From NCBI GenBank assembly GCA_023334545.1, contig JAADVB010000004.1, positions 112,802 to 176,801 on the forward strand: DNA of 64,000 nt, in the 5' to 3' direction. Within the stretch, counting starts at the first letter, position 1, and each line of letters starts with the position of its first letter. The DNA is from Salisapilia sapeloensis CBS 127946 (taxonomy: Eukaryota > Protista > Oomycota). Made by a program: the position numbers and the translations under genes. Positions 55,190 to 64,000 of the stretch are shown here, one piece after another. The notes below the pieces were generated by a model. That model did no database searches and had not been told where the DNA came from. It saw only the letters and a program-made list of their open reading frames with translations.

Positions 55190-57937
55190 TTATTGATTCA
55201 AACTGAAGCCACCACCGACGAATCGATTCGAGGCTGCAACCGCAAGTTGCCTTTGCGCTTCCGCAGGTGTCGGTCGAGTAGACCCGTTTGAACCGACCGG
55301 TCTTGTAGGTGTCCCACTCGCTAACGTCGGCAGTTTATCATTCGAGTAATTGTTATTTGACGCAGGACTCCTGCCACCGTGTACTACTCTCTTCACAACT
55401 ACGACGCCTCTCTCTTTCATCTTGTCATCTAGTTTCTTCTTATAATATTTTCGCTTGAACTCATGCAGTTCTCGCCCAACTCTCTCCAGCTCAAACTTGA
55501 GTTCTCCTTCCTTGGCTTGGCTCATATTCTGCTCGCTCAGCAAACTCTTTAGCTGCTTATCTTTATCTCTTACGACTTGCTGGTACCAACACAATTGCTC
55601 AGCAACTTCTGGCCCAGGCTGTCTCGCCAATATTGTCTTCAGTTCCTCTTGTAACTTGTCTTTTTCCTGAATTATCAGTTCCTTCTCGACCACCTCCTCC
55701 GTTTTCTGAATTAAACGCTTTTGCAGCGTTTGGATCTTTTGCAGCAATTCATACGTCGCAGGATCACTTCCCTCTAGCTTTCGCCATCGATGAACATTCA
55801 TCGGGTTCTCCAACTCCTCCGATAATGCTTTGACTTTCGTTTTCTCCTGTAGTAACTCTCTTTGAAGCTGATATACTTCTCGCTTAAGTTCACTCGACAC
55901 GCCCACTTGGTGCTTTGCAACACCAAGCTCTCTCTTGAGATCAGCAATCTTCAGCTTCAGGACTCGAATGTCCTGAAGTCGTTCATGGTACTGTGCTTCT
56001 CCTCTCGCGAGTGTGCTTTGCTGAATCTTTAGCTTCTCATAAAGCAACGCCAGCTCATCGTTACGACGGATAAGCTGTGTACCCAGAATGTCTCGTTCAT
56101 TAATAACTTGATCGTACTCTTTCCTCTGCTCCAATGCTTCGCTATCCAAACGCCTTAGCATCGTCGACAGCTTCCGGATCTCTGTGTCTTGATGAGATAC
56201 TGTTTCCTCTGTAGTCGACAGTAACGACTTTAGCCTAGCAAGCTCGTTCTTGTGCAGCTCTCTCTGTTTCTCTACATGTTGCAGCTCAAAGTGCTCTTTC
56301 ACTAGTGCTGCGTCTTTAGCAGCCACCTCTTCCTTCAACTGCTCTAGCTGATGCGTCAAGATTTTGAACTTGCGCTTGAGCTCTGCTATCTCATCTTGGC
56401 TTTCAATCAAGTTCTTGCTATACAAGTTCCTTTCACTACGGACGGTCTCGTACAACTGCTGCTGTTGCTTCAGTCGCGTCTCTCCTTCACCAACCTTCTT
56501 CTGTAGTTCTTCATTCCGCATCCCACTCAGTTTTAGATTTTCCTCAGCATCTAGATACAGTCGTCTTTGTTCCGCAGCCTCTTGCCCACTCTTTTCTCGG
56601 TCCTTTTCGAGCTGGTAAATAAGCTTTCGTTGCTTCATTGCTTCCTTCTGGAAACCTGCGAGTTCCTGCTCTAGGTTCTTCACTACCCGTTCATTCGTTT
56701 TGACATCATCAATAGCTCGCTTCGCCTTCCCTTCTGCCTGTTCAGTCTGCCTGAGCTGCATTTCCTTCTCTCGAACCAGAGCATCTCGTTCCGTTTTTGC
56801 CAAATCTTCTGCTCGTTTATCATTATCTAAATCCTTTTGCATGCTCTTGATCTGCGTCTGAAGCACTCCTTTCGAAGTCCGTTCATTTTGAAGCTTATCT
56901 TCCAGCTTGAGGACGTTCCGTTTTTCCTTATCAATCTTCCTTTCAGCCAAATCTTTCTCGACTTTCAAACGATTTATCTCATCCTGTTTGCTCTTGAGCT
57001 CAGACTCGAGGTTACGTCGCTCGACTTCGAGTTGCAACGTCTTGTCACTTTGCTCGTTCATCATGTCCGTCAACTTTTGCGACCGAGAGTACAAAGCTTC
57101 ATAGTCTCGTGCGTACTTGTCCATTGTCGCCCTTGTCTCGTTCACTTGCTTTTCCAAGTTACCAACCTGAGTTTGAGCTTTGATCAAGTCCGATGAGCAT
57201 GCTGTGTGTTCATCCGTCTTCTTCTCCAACTTAGACTTTGTGTCCTTGAGCTCCTTTTCCATCCGGTCTCTTCGTCGATTCTCCCTCTCCTGTTCAGCGG
57301 CCTTGAGCGTCAACTGGTCCTTCAGCTGTTGCATCTCAATCTTCTGCTTCGCTCCTACTGACTCTCCATCAGCCAGACGTTGGTGGAGATCGTGAATTCT
57401 CTCCTGGTCTCTCTTAGCGTTAGACTCATGCTCTTCATTCGCTCTTGCCAAATCTTCTTTCGCTCTCAAGACTTCCCGTAGCATGTTTTCCTGTCCGGCC
57501 GACACGCCAGCGCCTTGCTCGACCAACTTGCCTAGATTTAAAACTTCGTCCTTAAGTTGCTGAATCGTATCCTTGGCTCTCATCTCCTTCTCATGAGATG
57601 CATCGACCATCTTCCACGCTTTCTCCAGTTCCTTCTTCAGCGAAGCCAAGGAAGCCTGGTCTTCCTGCGACAGTTTCAATGCTGTCTGCACCTTGGCTGC
57701 ATTCGTCAGAATCTCTCCATTCAACTCTCGACATTTCTTCAGTAACTTCTTTTCCTGTCCATGTGATTTGGTCAGCGCTCGATGCAGCTTTTCATACTCG
57801 ATCCGGAACTTTTCCAAGCTCTTATCACCAGCTAATTCAACCAAAACTTCTTGAAAGTCATGTTCAATATCTTCTAATGATGTCGAAGGCTCCAACTCGT
57901 CTATACTCTTCTCGGATGGTTTACTCGAGCCTTCCAT
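55190..57937 (-). CDS. CFAP58: Cilia- and flagella-associated protein 58 (coiled coil)
   Basis: ATG at 57937. Motifs: ERDILGTQLIRRNDELALLYEKLKIQQS, ELENPMNVHRWRKLEGSDP and C-terminal FVGGGFSL. Intronless. Confidence 0.92.
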   Translation of the reverse strand: MEGSSKPSEKSIDELEPSTSLEDIEHDFQEVLVELAGDKSLEKFRIEYEKLHRALTKSHGQEKKLLKKCRELNGEILTNAAKVQTALKLSQEDQASLASLKKELEKAWKMVDASHEKEMRAKDTIQQLKDEVLNLGKLVEQGAGVSAGQENMLREVLRAKEDLARANEEHESNAKRDQERIHDLHQRLADGESVGAKQKIEMQQLKDQLTLKAAEQERENRRRDRMEKELKDTKSKLEKKTDEHTACSSDLIKAQTQVGNLEKQVNETRATMDKYARDYEALYSRSQKLTDMMNEQSDKTLQLEVERRNLESELKSKQDEINRLKVEKDLAERKIDKEKRNVLKLEDKLQNERTSKGVLQTQIKSMQKDLDNDKRAEDLAKTERDALVREKEMQLRQTEQAEGKAKRAIDDVKTNERVVKNLEQELAGFQKEAMKQRKLIYQLEKDREKSGQEAAEQRRLYLDAEENLKLSGMRNEELQKKVGEGETRLKQQQQLYETVRSERNLYSKNLIESQDEIAELKRKFKILTHQLEQLKEEVAAKDAALVKEHFELQHVEKQRELHKNELARLKSLLSTTEETVSHQDTEIRKLSTMLRRLDSEALEQRKEYDQVINERDILGTQLIRRNDELALLYEKLKIQQSTLARGEAQYHERLQDIRVLKLKIADLKRELGVAKHQVGVSSELKREVYQLQRELLQEKTKVKALSEELENPMNVHRWRKLEGSDPATYELLQKIQTLQKRLIQKTEEVVEKELIIQEKDKLQEELKTILARQPGPEVAEQLCWYQQVVRDKDKQLKSLLSEQNMSQAKEGELKFELERVGRELHEFKRKYYKKKLDDKMKERGVVVVKRVVHGGRSPASNNNYSNDKLPTLASGTPTRPVGSNGSTRPTPAEAQRQLAVAASNRFVGGGFSLNQ

Positions 57938-58083
57938 CTTGCTTATGCAAATGGAAATCGAGACGAAATGGATTGTTATTAATAGATAGCGATGCAGAGG
58001 ATGAAGAAGAGGGCTATAAATATAAAGTATCTTGTGCAATTTGTTTCATGTTGAGGATGATTCAAAAGCATCGAGCTTCAAGG

Positions 58084-59298
58084 TTATTGCTGGACATCCC
58101 AAATTTCAACGAAAAGCTCAACGATATCCCCAAGACGCATCGCTTGGGGTAACTCAAACGTCCGTCGCACGGACGACAGACCTTCAAACAAGACATGGCT
58201 CGGCACCGGCGGCGGATGAGGGGGTCTACACCAGGCATAAGCACTAATATTATAGAAAACATGACTGCATCGTACTTGGCTTGGACGGGAGTTAACCACG
58301 CGTCTCGAGCACTTTGCCATGTCCTGGCACCGATGTTTAAGAACGGTCCGTTCTTCCCTTGTGGCCACCTAATGGGAGCGTTAGCTAGATTCTTTCAGAG
58401 ACACTCGTACATTGTACCATGGAGAGTGGTCGCTAGTACCCGCGGCCAATGCGAATCGGTGCAGGTGAGCCATGAGCCAATCTAGCGCTTCGGCAATGGC
58501 CTGCGTGGCGGCATCTTCATCCGTGATGTAGTCAAAGGCGAAACCTGGTCCTTGATGCTCATACTGTTTCACTCGCAACCGATCCTCTGAGGATACGCCG
58601 TCCGTCTCTTTCGACTCTTTATACGCTTCCTGCAGATCTAGATACTACACCTACATGAACATACGTATGGTAACTAGATAGAATGACCAAGTTACCACTT
58701 GAGACTGAAGAAACGGATTGCCATCGCCACTGAGGAGTAGTGTTGGCGGAAATGAACAACCCTGTGCCTTGACCTTCCATTTTCGATTGCCCTCGGGACA
58801 CATGAGGATGACGCAGTCACATAGATCTGTTCCTTGCTCGATCGCGAGCTGCATGGCCAGGTCGGCACCAGCACTCACACCAAATACAGCTAGTCTCTGA
58901 ATATCCTGCTGTTGTTTCAAATAGGTCGTAGCATGTAGAACGACAGATTCCTCCTTCCCTTGGTCCGTTGCCTGGGTTGATGCTGTCATCACGACTAATA
59001 CCTTATACCCTTGCTCGGCCAGACGGTCTGCAAAGGCAATGGTTGTGGCGCTAAAGCCACTCTGATCGATAGACTTTTGCGTCGAGACAGGTGGGGGCAA
59101 CAGGACCACGCCTGTCACGACTCGACCGGCATGAGCGGCTGGGGACACAAGGTACGCTGGCTGCAATTCGTCTTCAGAAGCTTCTTTCTCTTCCTCATCT
59201 CCACTCAATCGATTTAAAGGAACCTTTACGAGGGAGCCAGCACCGAAGGCTAGAGCGCCATCTCCATTCGCCACCATTGAGCTAGTACTAACGCTCAT
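58084..59298 (-). CDS. Dienelactone-hydrolase-like alpha/beta-hydrolase fused to a C-terminal DUF4050 (Gag1-clamp-like) domain, about 354 aa, 4 exons
   Basis: Exons 59298-58696, 58644-58418, 58368-58276 and 58225-58084 join in frame through GT-AG introns of 49-51 nt. N-terminal part: FADRLAEQGY.VL, GVSAG elbow, PTLLLSGD. C-terminal part: PFLNIGARTWQSARDAW and FELPQAMRLGDIVELFVEIWD. Confidence 0.72.
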
Positions 59299-59523
59299 CT
59301 TCTCTTCTTCGAAAAGATGGAGGGTTTATATGGTACAATGGTGGTTCAATCCTTGTGGACCACATCTCCAGACCAACAAGGTGCCACGTAGCGTCATCGT
59401 ATGCGTATACAAAAACCAAGTGACTTTCGGCACGACTTGCCAACAGCTAAAACGCCGACACTTGGAGCTCGAGTCGACTTGTGATCACACCTTCCTACCG
59501 ACTAATTACAGCGATACAAGTAC

Positions 59524-60553
59524 ATGATGGCCGACTCAGAGACACCACCCACGGATTCGGTATGTTGCCTTCCTTTTTCATACTCTAGATATCAAAGTAG
59601 AGATGAAACTGAATACGTGATGACTATAGCATGAACAGCCTTGGGAAAATGAAAAAGGGATTAAGCGTATGGCAGATTTATTACGTGGACGAAAAGGTAT
59701 GCCAGTGCGCAACGCTGTGGAACTCGGTAAGCGCGTCGAGTTTTTCCGTGGCGACAAACTCGGATCCTTCCTCCTCGCATCTCCAGTCGCGAAAAAGCAT
59801 TTTCCATCTCTCCAGACCAAGGAAGATTGTCGATCCGTCGGCCGGTCGCTCGTTCGCTTCGGCTACATCCACCGGTCGGAGCGTGACGCGAAGAACAAAA
59901 AGGTGTTGACGCCTACGAAGAACCACGAGTTTGTGCATGAAGGCTACTACACGTGGATGTACGACGGTCCGAAGACGCTACGCAATATTTTAACAGCTCT
60001 GCTTATCATCGGCTTCCTCATCATCACGTGCTTCCCCATTTGGCCGCAATGGGCCAAGGTCGCATTGTGGTACATGAGCGTCACGTTTCTGCTCTTCGTC
60101 GCCATTTTCAGTCTCGTTCGTATCATCGTCTTCCTCCTGCTTTGGATCGGTGGCTTTGAGTTCTGGATCTTCCCCAATATCTTTGACGACAACCTGAGTG
60201 TCGCGGATTCCTTCGTACCGGTCTACTCGCTGGCAGGAACGAGTCCGAGCGAGCAAAAGTATAGAATCATCGTCGCATGTGCCTTTGTCGCGTTCTGCTA
60301 CTGGATCGGACAGCAGCCAACGGACTTTGACGAGTACATGTCGTTGACGAAGCAGTTTACGGACGATATTTACAGCGGCAAGCTGCTGAGCGATATGTCC
60401 CAGCAAGATCAGGACAACATTGATAAACCCAAAGTACCGGATTTAGAGGATCTGCTCAAGGAAGATCATGAAGTCGAGCATGAAGAAGACGATGAAGACG
60501 CCAGGTTTGAGAAACTCCTCGAAGATGAAGAGGACGAAAAGGAAGAATTGTAG
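59524..60553 (+). CDS. SEC62: Translocation protein SEC62, 2 exons
   Basis: Motifs: RVEFFRGDKL, F...GYYTWMYDGP, CFPIWPQWAKVALWY.SVTFL, FWIFPNIFDD, acidic tail. The first exon (from 59524) joins in frame via a gtatgt..tatag intron. Confidence 0.92.
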
Positions 60554-61312
60554 CGTGATTACAGCAACTTTTACTTTTGACTTGTCTTGCGTTTGGTTAT
60601 CGAGAGCATGCATCGAGAATTGATGCTGGGTGGCAGGTCGGGTTGCTGAGGGGACACGATGCCGTTTCATGCAGAAGAATGAGCTGGATGCTTTGTACTC
60701 TACCACGCCATGGTAATCACTCGGATTTAGACGTGAAGCATCATTTAATGCTTTGATATAGCATACGAAGATTCTGCGGCAGTGAGTCAGTGCCCTTCAG
60801 CTTCCAACTGACCGTTCGTCTAGTGATGCGCAATGCCGAGATGGGAGAAGATGACAGCGATTCGGTCTGCCCTTAGTTACGTACTCGCAGCGACAGGTTC
60901 GAGTCATCATGTAGATTGAACTTGCATCAAAAGCCTCTTGCTATACCGCATTGACACCGGAAAGAGGTTACTAGCATCGAAATGGTTGCACTGCCATCGA
61001 GGAGACGCAACTTGACATCGTCTCTGCCAAACGACTTGGTAAATAAACTGGATGAGATTACAACTGTCTCAGCTAACACGTTGAACTTCCAGAGCACTGC
61101 AGTCATCCCAGGATACTTTCACGATTGCTGCCAAGACCAGACATCATGCTCTGCTTCAAGCTGCTCTACACATCCGCGCTGTATCTATTCAGTTTACAGT
61201 CTGAGGATAGGAACGTTTATACACTTTAAGAAATGCATATTTTTTCGTATGGTTGTACGCGCAACCTTCACTCAACCTCTACGCTCACCTCCAAAGCTTT
61301 CGACGGGTGATC

Positions 61313-62487
61313 ATGGCGACGAATTTCTGGCAGTCCACGCACTAGTAGGCTACTTTGCGCATGCCAACGTCCTATCCGGCGTCTACACGATGCTTGCACG
61401 CTCTTTGCTAACTCTTCTTTCTATTTGGCAGTCTATATTGGATGAAAGATGTGACGCGGAACGACCTTCGCAGTCGCAATCCGCTCGACCGGAAGCAGCT
61501 AACTGAAGATGAGATCGACAGCATACACCTCGCCAATATCTCATGTAAGACTGTGGATACAATGCAGCTGCACGTGTCTGATGAATATGATGCCGACAGT
61601 ACTCGAGGAAATTGGCGCGAGAATGCGCGTTCGCCAAATTATCATCTACACTGCCATCATTTTCTATCGTCGTTTCTACCTCACGTACGCTGCATTTGTC
61701 TTCGATTACATGTCTTATCCTAATATTCTATCTAGACAAAGTTTTTCCAACTTTGATCCGCATCTCGTTGTCGGAACCGTTTTTTTCATGGCGTCCAAGG
61801 TGGAAGAGTGCCAGCTATCGTTATCCGCCGTCGCATCCGTCCTACATCACTACACATCCAGTACGTTCAAATCTCTAACGTCGCATCCTATGGTTGTCTC
61901 ATGTCTGTCGTAGCTGGCGTGGAGGATGACGAATCCATGTATGCTTTTTCGGAAAAAGATATCCTCGAGTGCGAATTCTACGTCATCGAAGCGCTGCACT
62001 TTGATCTCATCCTGCACCATCCGTTCTCTTCGCTTATATCGTCCGTTTCCATCCACATTGTACATCAAGCACCAACTCATTCGTCCATAGGTTGCTGGAA
62101 GAATTTGAGCTTCAAGATGAATGTCTTCCATTTGCATGGTATGTTGCCTCGGAAAACGCATAGAAAGCGCCTTTATTCAACATCTGTAGGGATTTGACGC
62201 AATACTCGTATCGTACGGATATCATTATGTTACACCCGCCATTCATGGTGGCCTACGCCGCAGCGTATATCGCTACCGTGGAGGCCGGGTACGATGCCAC
62301 GCAAGTGTTTGCCACCGTTAACTTGAAGCGTGACATCCTCTTGAAGATTGTGGACGAATTTCACGCCGCGTTTGAGGCAGAGTCGAAGCTCCACCGGGTT
62401 CAGGCGACTGCTTTAGGGAAGTTGATGGACGTCGTTCCGGATCCCACGTCTCCAGATACAGGCGCCCCGCCAGGCTCAGAGAAGTGA
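61313..62487 (+). CDS. CCNC: Cyclin C (Mediator kinase module; SSN8/CCNC), multi-exon
   Basis: Motifs: MATNFWQSTH, IGARMRVRQIIIYTAIIFYRRFY, FDPHLVVGTVFFMASKVEE, ILECEFYVIEALHFDLILHHP, YRTDIIMLHPPFMVAYAA. Confidence 0.93.
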
Positions 62488-62937
62488 CTAATTACCGTAC
62501 AACAGAAAGGGTTGAAAAACACACTTCAAGCGTTTCTTCCATCATAGAAGTGCATGTAGGATAGCGTATAATTAGCCAGATTATTCTCGATGACGAAACA
62601 ATCTCCCATATATCTTCCCATGCGACGTACCACTAGAATATGCGATCGCTCTTCGTCGCGTAGTCTCTATCAACCTCCATCTTGCCCTGGCGCTTGCATC
62701 ATCCCCTCAAATCAGACGGATATCTGCATCTGTCGTTGAATATCACAAAAACGGGACCGGCTCTGCCTGCGTTCGCAACCCTTTTCCGAACATACTCTGT
62801 CTCCCTTACGAAACCCAAGTGGTTTGTATTCGTTTCTGCCGTTTTCAACAGAACACTGCATTTCCAACGCGACAATCCCACCTAGACAGTACTTCATTTT
62901 CCGATTGACTGCAGCAAGCGCACGCCAGGTACCTACC

Positions 62938-63807
62938 ATGGGAAGCATGAAGCTGCACGCCAAAGTCGCGCATGTCGCCAAACCATCGACCACAGGCATG
63001 CATACGCATACACAGTACATTATCGGTGTATCGGACGCACGCACGAGCAACACCCACTGGACCGTGTATCGCCGGTACTCTGAATTCCGCCAGCTTAAGC
63101 TCGAGCTTCAAGCCGCCGCCAAGTCAGATGATCTCTGCAGCGACTGCGAGTGCATGCCAGCGGACGAAGTCTTTCGTAAATTCCCACACCGCCTCATCTT
63201 TGGCAACCTCCGGGAATCCACACTTGAACTTCGACGAGAACGGCTGAACCAGTTCATCACGGCCGTCGCGCAGTACACTCGAGCATGCCAGGAACGCCAC
63301 ACGTGCCAGACGCGATCTATCCTCGACCGCTTCCTCATGGTTAACGACGTCCGCTTTACGTTCTTGGATATGAATATGGATGAAAATCTACCCAACCGCA
63401 AGAGCGGTGTTTCTCGCACCGAGCGTACGTCGTCTGTAGATGAGAACGACAGAATGAACAAGGCACCTATCGATAAGACTGTACGGTACAAGAGGAAGAG
63501 CATGCCGGATTTACTCGAGTACAAGCGAGAGGTGGAAACGAGTCGGTGCGATCTCGACTCCATTAAGGAAGGTGCTCCGTGGAAACTTGAAGCACCGTTA
63601 GGAAACCGCTCCGAGCGGCACTCTGCGCCGAATATGACGCCATTGCTAGAGTTTAGTAACTTCCCAGAACAGCGATCGAGAGCACGGAAGCAAGTGCATC
63701 GGTCCTCGGCAGCCAAGCGAGCACAGAAGCTCGAAGAAGAGGAACATGTCCTTCCAGAGGCACCGAAACCGAAGCCAATGGTGCCATTGGCACCCATTGC
63801 CGAGTAA
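62938..63807 (+). CDS. PX (phox homology) domain protein with a low-complexity C-terminus
   Basis: ATG at 62938. PX signatures: YIIGV...WTVYRRYSEFRQLK.EL, FP.R.IFG, LELRRERLNQFI. Confidence 0.85.
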   Translation: MGSMKLHAKVAHVAKPSTTGMHTHTQYIIGVSDARTSNTHWTVYRRYSEFRQLKLELQAAAKSDDLCSDCECMPADEVFRKFPHRLIFGNLRESTLELRRERLNQFITAVAQYTRACQERHTCQTRSILDRFLMVNDVRFTFLDMNMDENLPNRKSGVSRTERTSSVDENDRMNKAPIDKTVRYKRKSMPDLLEYKREVETSRCDLDSIKEGAPWKLEAPLGNRSERHSAPNMTPLLEFSNFPEQRSRARKQVHRSSAAKRAQKLEEEEHVLPEAPKPKPMVPLAPIAE

Positions 63808-63865
63808 CTGAGTACTTTATATGTGTACACTAAAAAGAAAATAAAGAATCATTTTCTATTCACGC

Positions 63866-64000
63866 TTATCCTGTGATGACTCGTACGGTGCCGAGGGACG
63901 CGATGGTGTGTGCAAAGTCGTGGGAAGGCTGCTTGATGAACATGAGGTTGCGCGGCTGGTTGTACGTCTTGGAGAGCCACTCGACCATGGCGGGGCCGAA
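63866..64000 (-). CDS. C-terminal end of a probable APC-superfamily amino-acid permease (the gene extends beyond the window)
   Basis: The open frame FGPAMVEWLSKTYNQPRNLMFIKQPSHDFAHTIASLGTVRVITG* resembles the C-terminal tail pattern FGP..I..LS.....P.N.MFI..P...F...LG.VR.I of this family, as I recall it. Only 44 codons are visible. Confidence 0.5.
   Translation of the reverse strand, partial: FGPAMVEWLSKTYNQPRNLMFIKQPSHDFAHTIASLGTVRVITG

Noticed and set aside
1-64000. Many 60-230 aa ORFs antisense to or overlapping long genes (e.g. 54226-54918, 63108-63830, 42403-43089, 29415-30294, 19641-20597)
   Set aside because: They mirror or shadow well-supported genes, are low-complexity (poly-Ser/Phe from Glu/Lys-rich sense strands), and have no recognisable motifs.
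1-64000. tRNA, rRNA, transposase/retroelement or viral genes
   Set aside because: By eye I found no T-loop/D-loop cloverleaf, rRNA-like segment, RT/integrase/DDE motif, LTR or TIR pair. A tRNAscan/Infernal/RepeatMasker run would be needed to exclude small or degenerate elements.

Overview
This is eukaryotic, gene-dense DNA, most likely from a flagellated (zoosporic) oomycete. The evidence is short GT-AG introns (mostly 45-76 nt), very short intergenic gaps, an exact oomycete INR+FPR core-promoter match upstream of GRP94, a START-FYVE family sequence, and several axonemal genes. I can support about 30 protein-coding loci. Many are invisible or fragmented in the ORF track because of introns, and I reconstructed them by hand. 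In order, the recognisable loci are NOP56 (partial), EFHC/RIB72-like, RPUSD2-like pseudouridine synthase, Cu(+) P1B-ATPase, mitochondrial RbfA, NIT2, ARM+CCP1 carboxypeptidase, an IQ-WW-ZnF-MORN protein, PhoD, a PB1 tail-anchored protein, an RG-rich orphan, DODA dioxygenase, CFAP97-like, KAE1/OSGEP, a CAMK-type kinase, a NIPA-type transporter, VTI1, NDC80, a START-FYVE pseudogene, THOC3, a TPR protein, ERV1, a 7-exon Canopy/saposin-like ER protein, GRP94, CFAP58, an alpha/beta-hydrolase-DUF4050 fusion, SEC62, cyclin C, a PX protein and the end of an APC permease. I saw no rRNA, tRNA, CRISPR array or transposon. The most interesting observations are (1) a hidden Canopy-family gene head-to-head with GRP94 across a 341-bp spacer containing a palindromic GCCACGTGGC element, and (2) a probably non-catalytic alpha/beta-hydrolase fused to a DUF4050/Gag1-clamp-like domain. 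All family assignments come from motif recognition, not from database searches.
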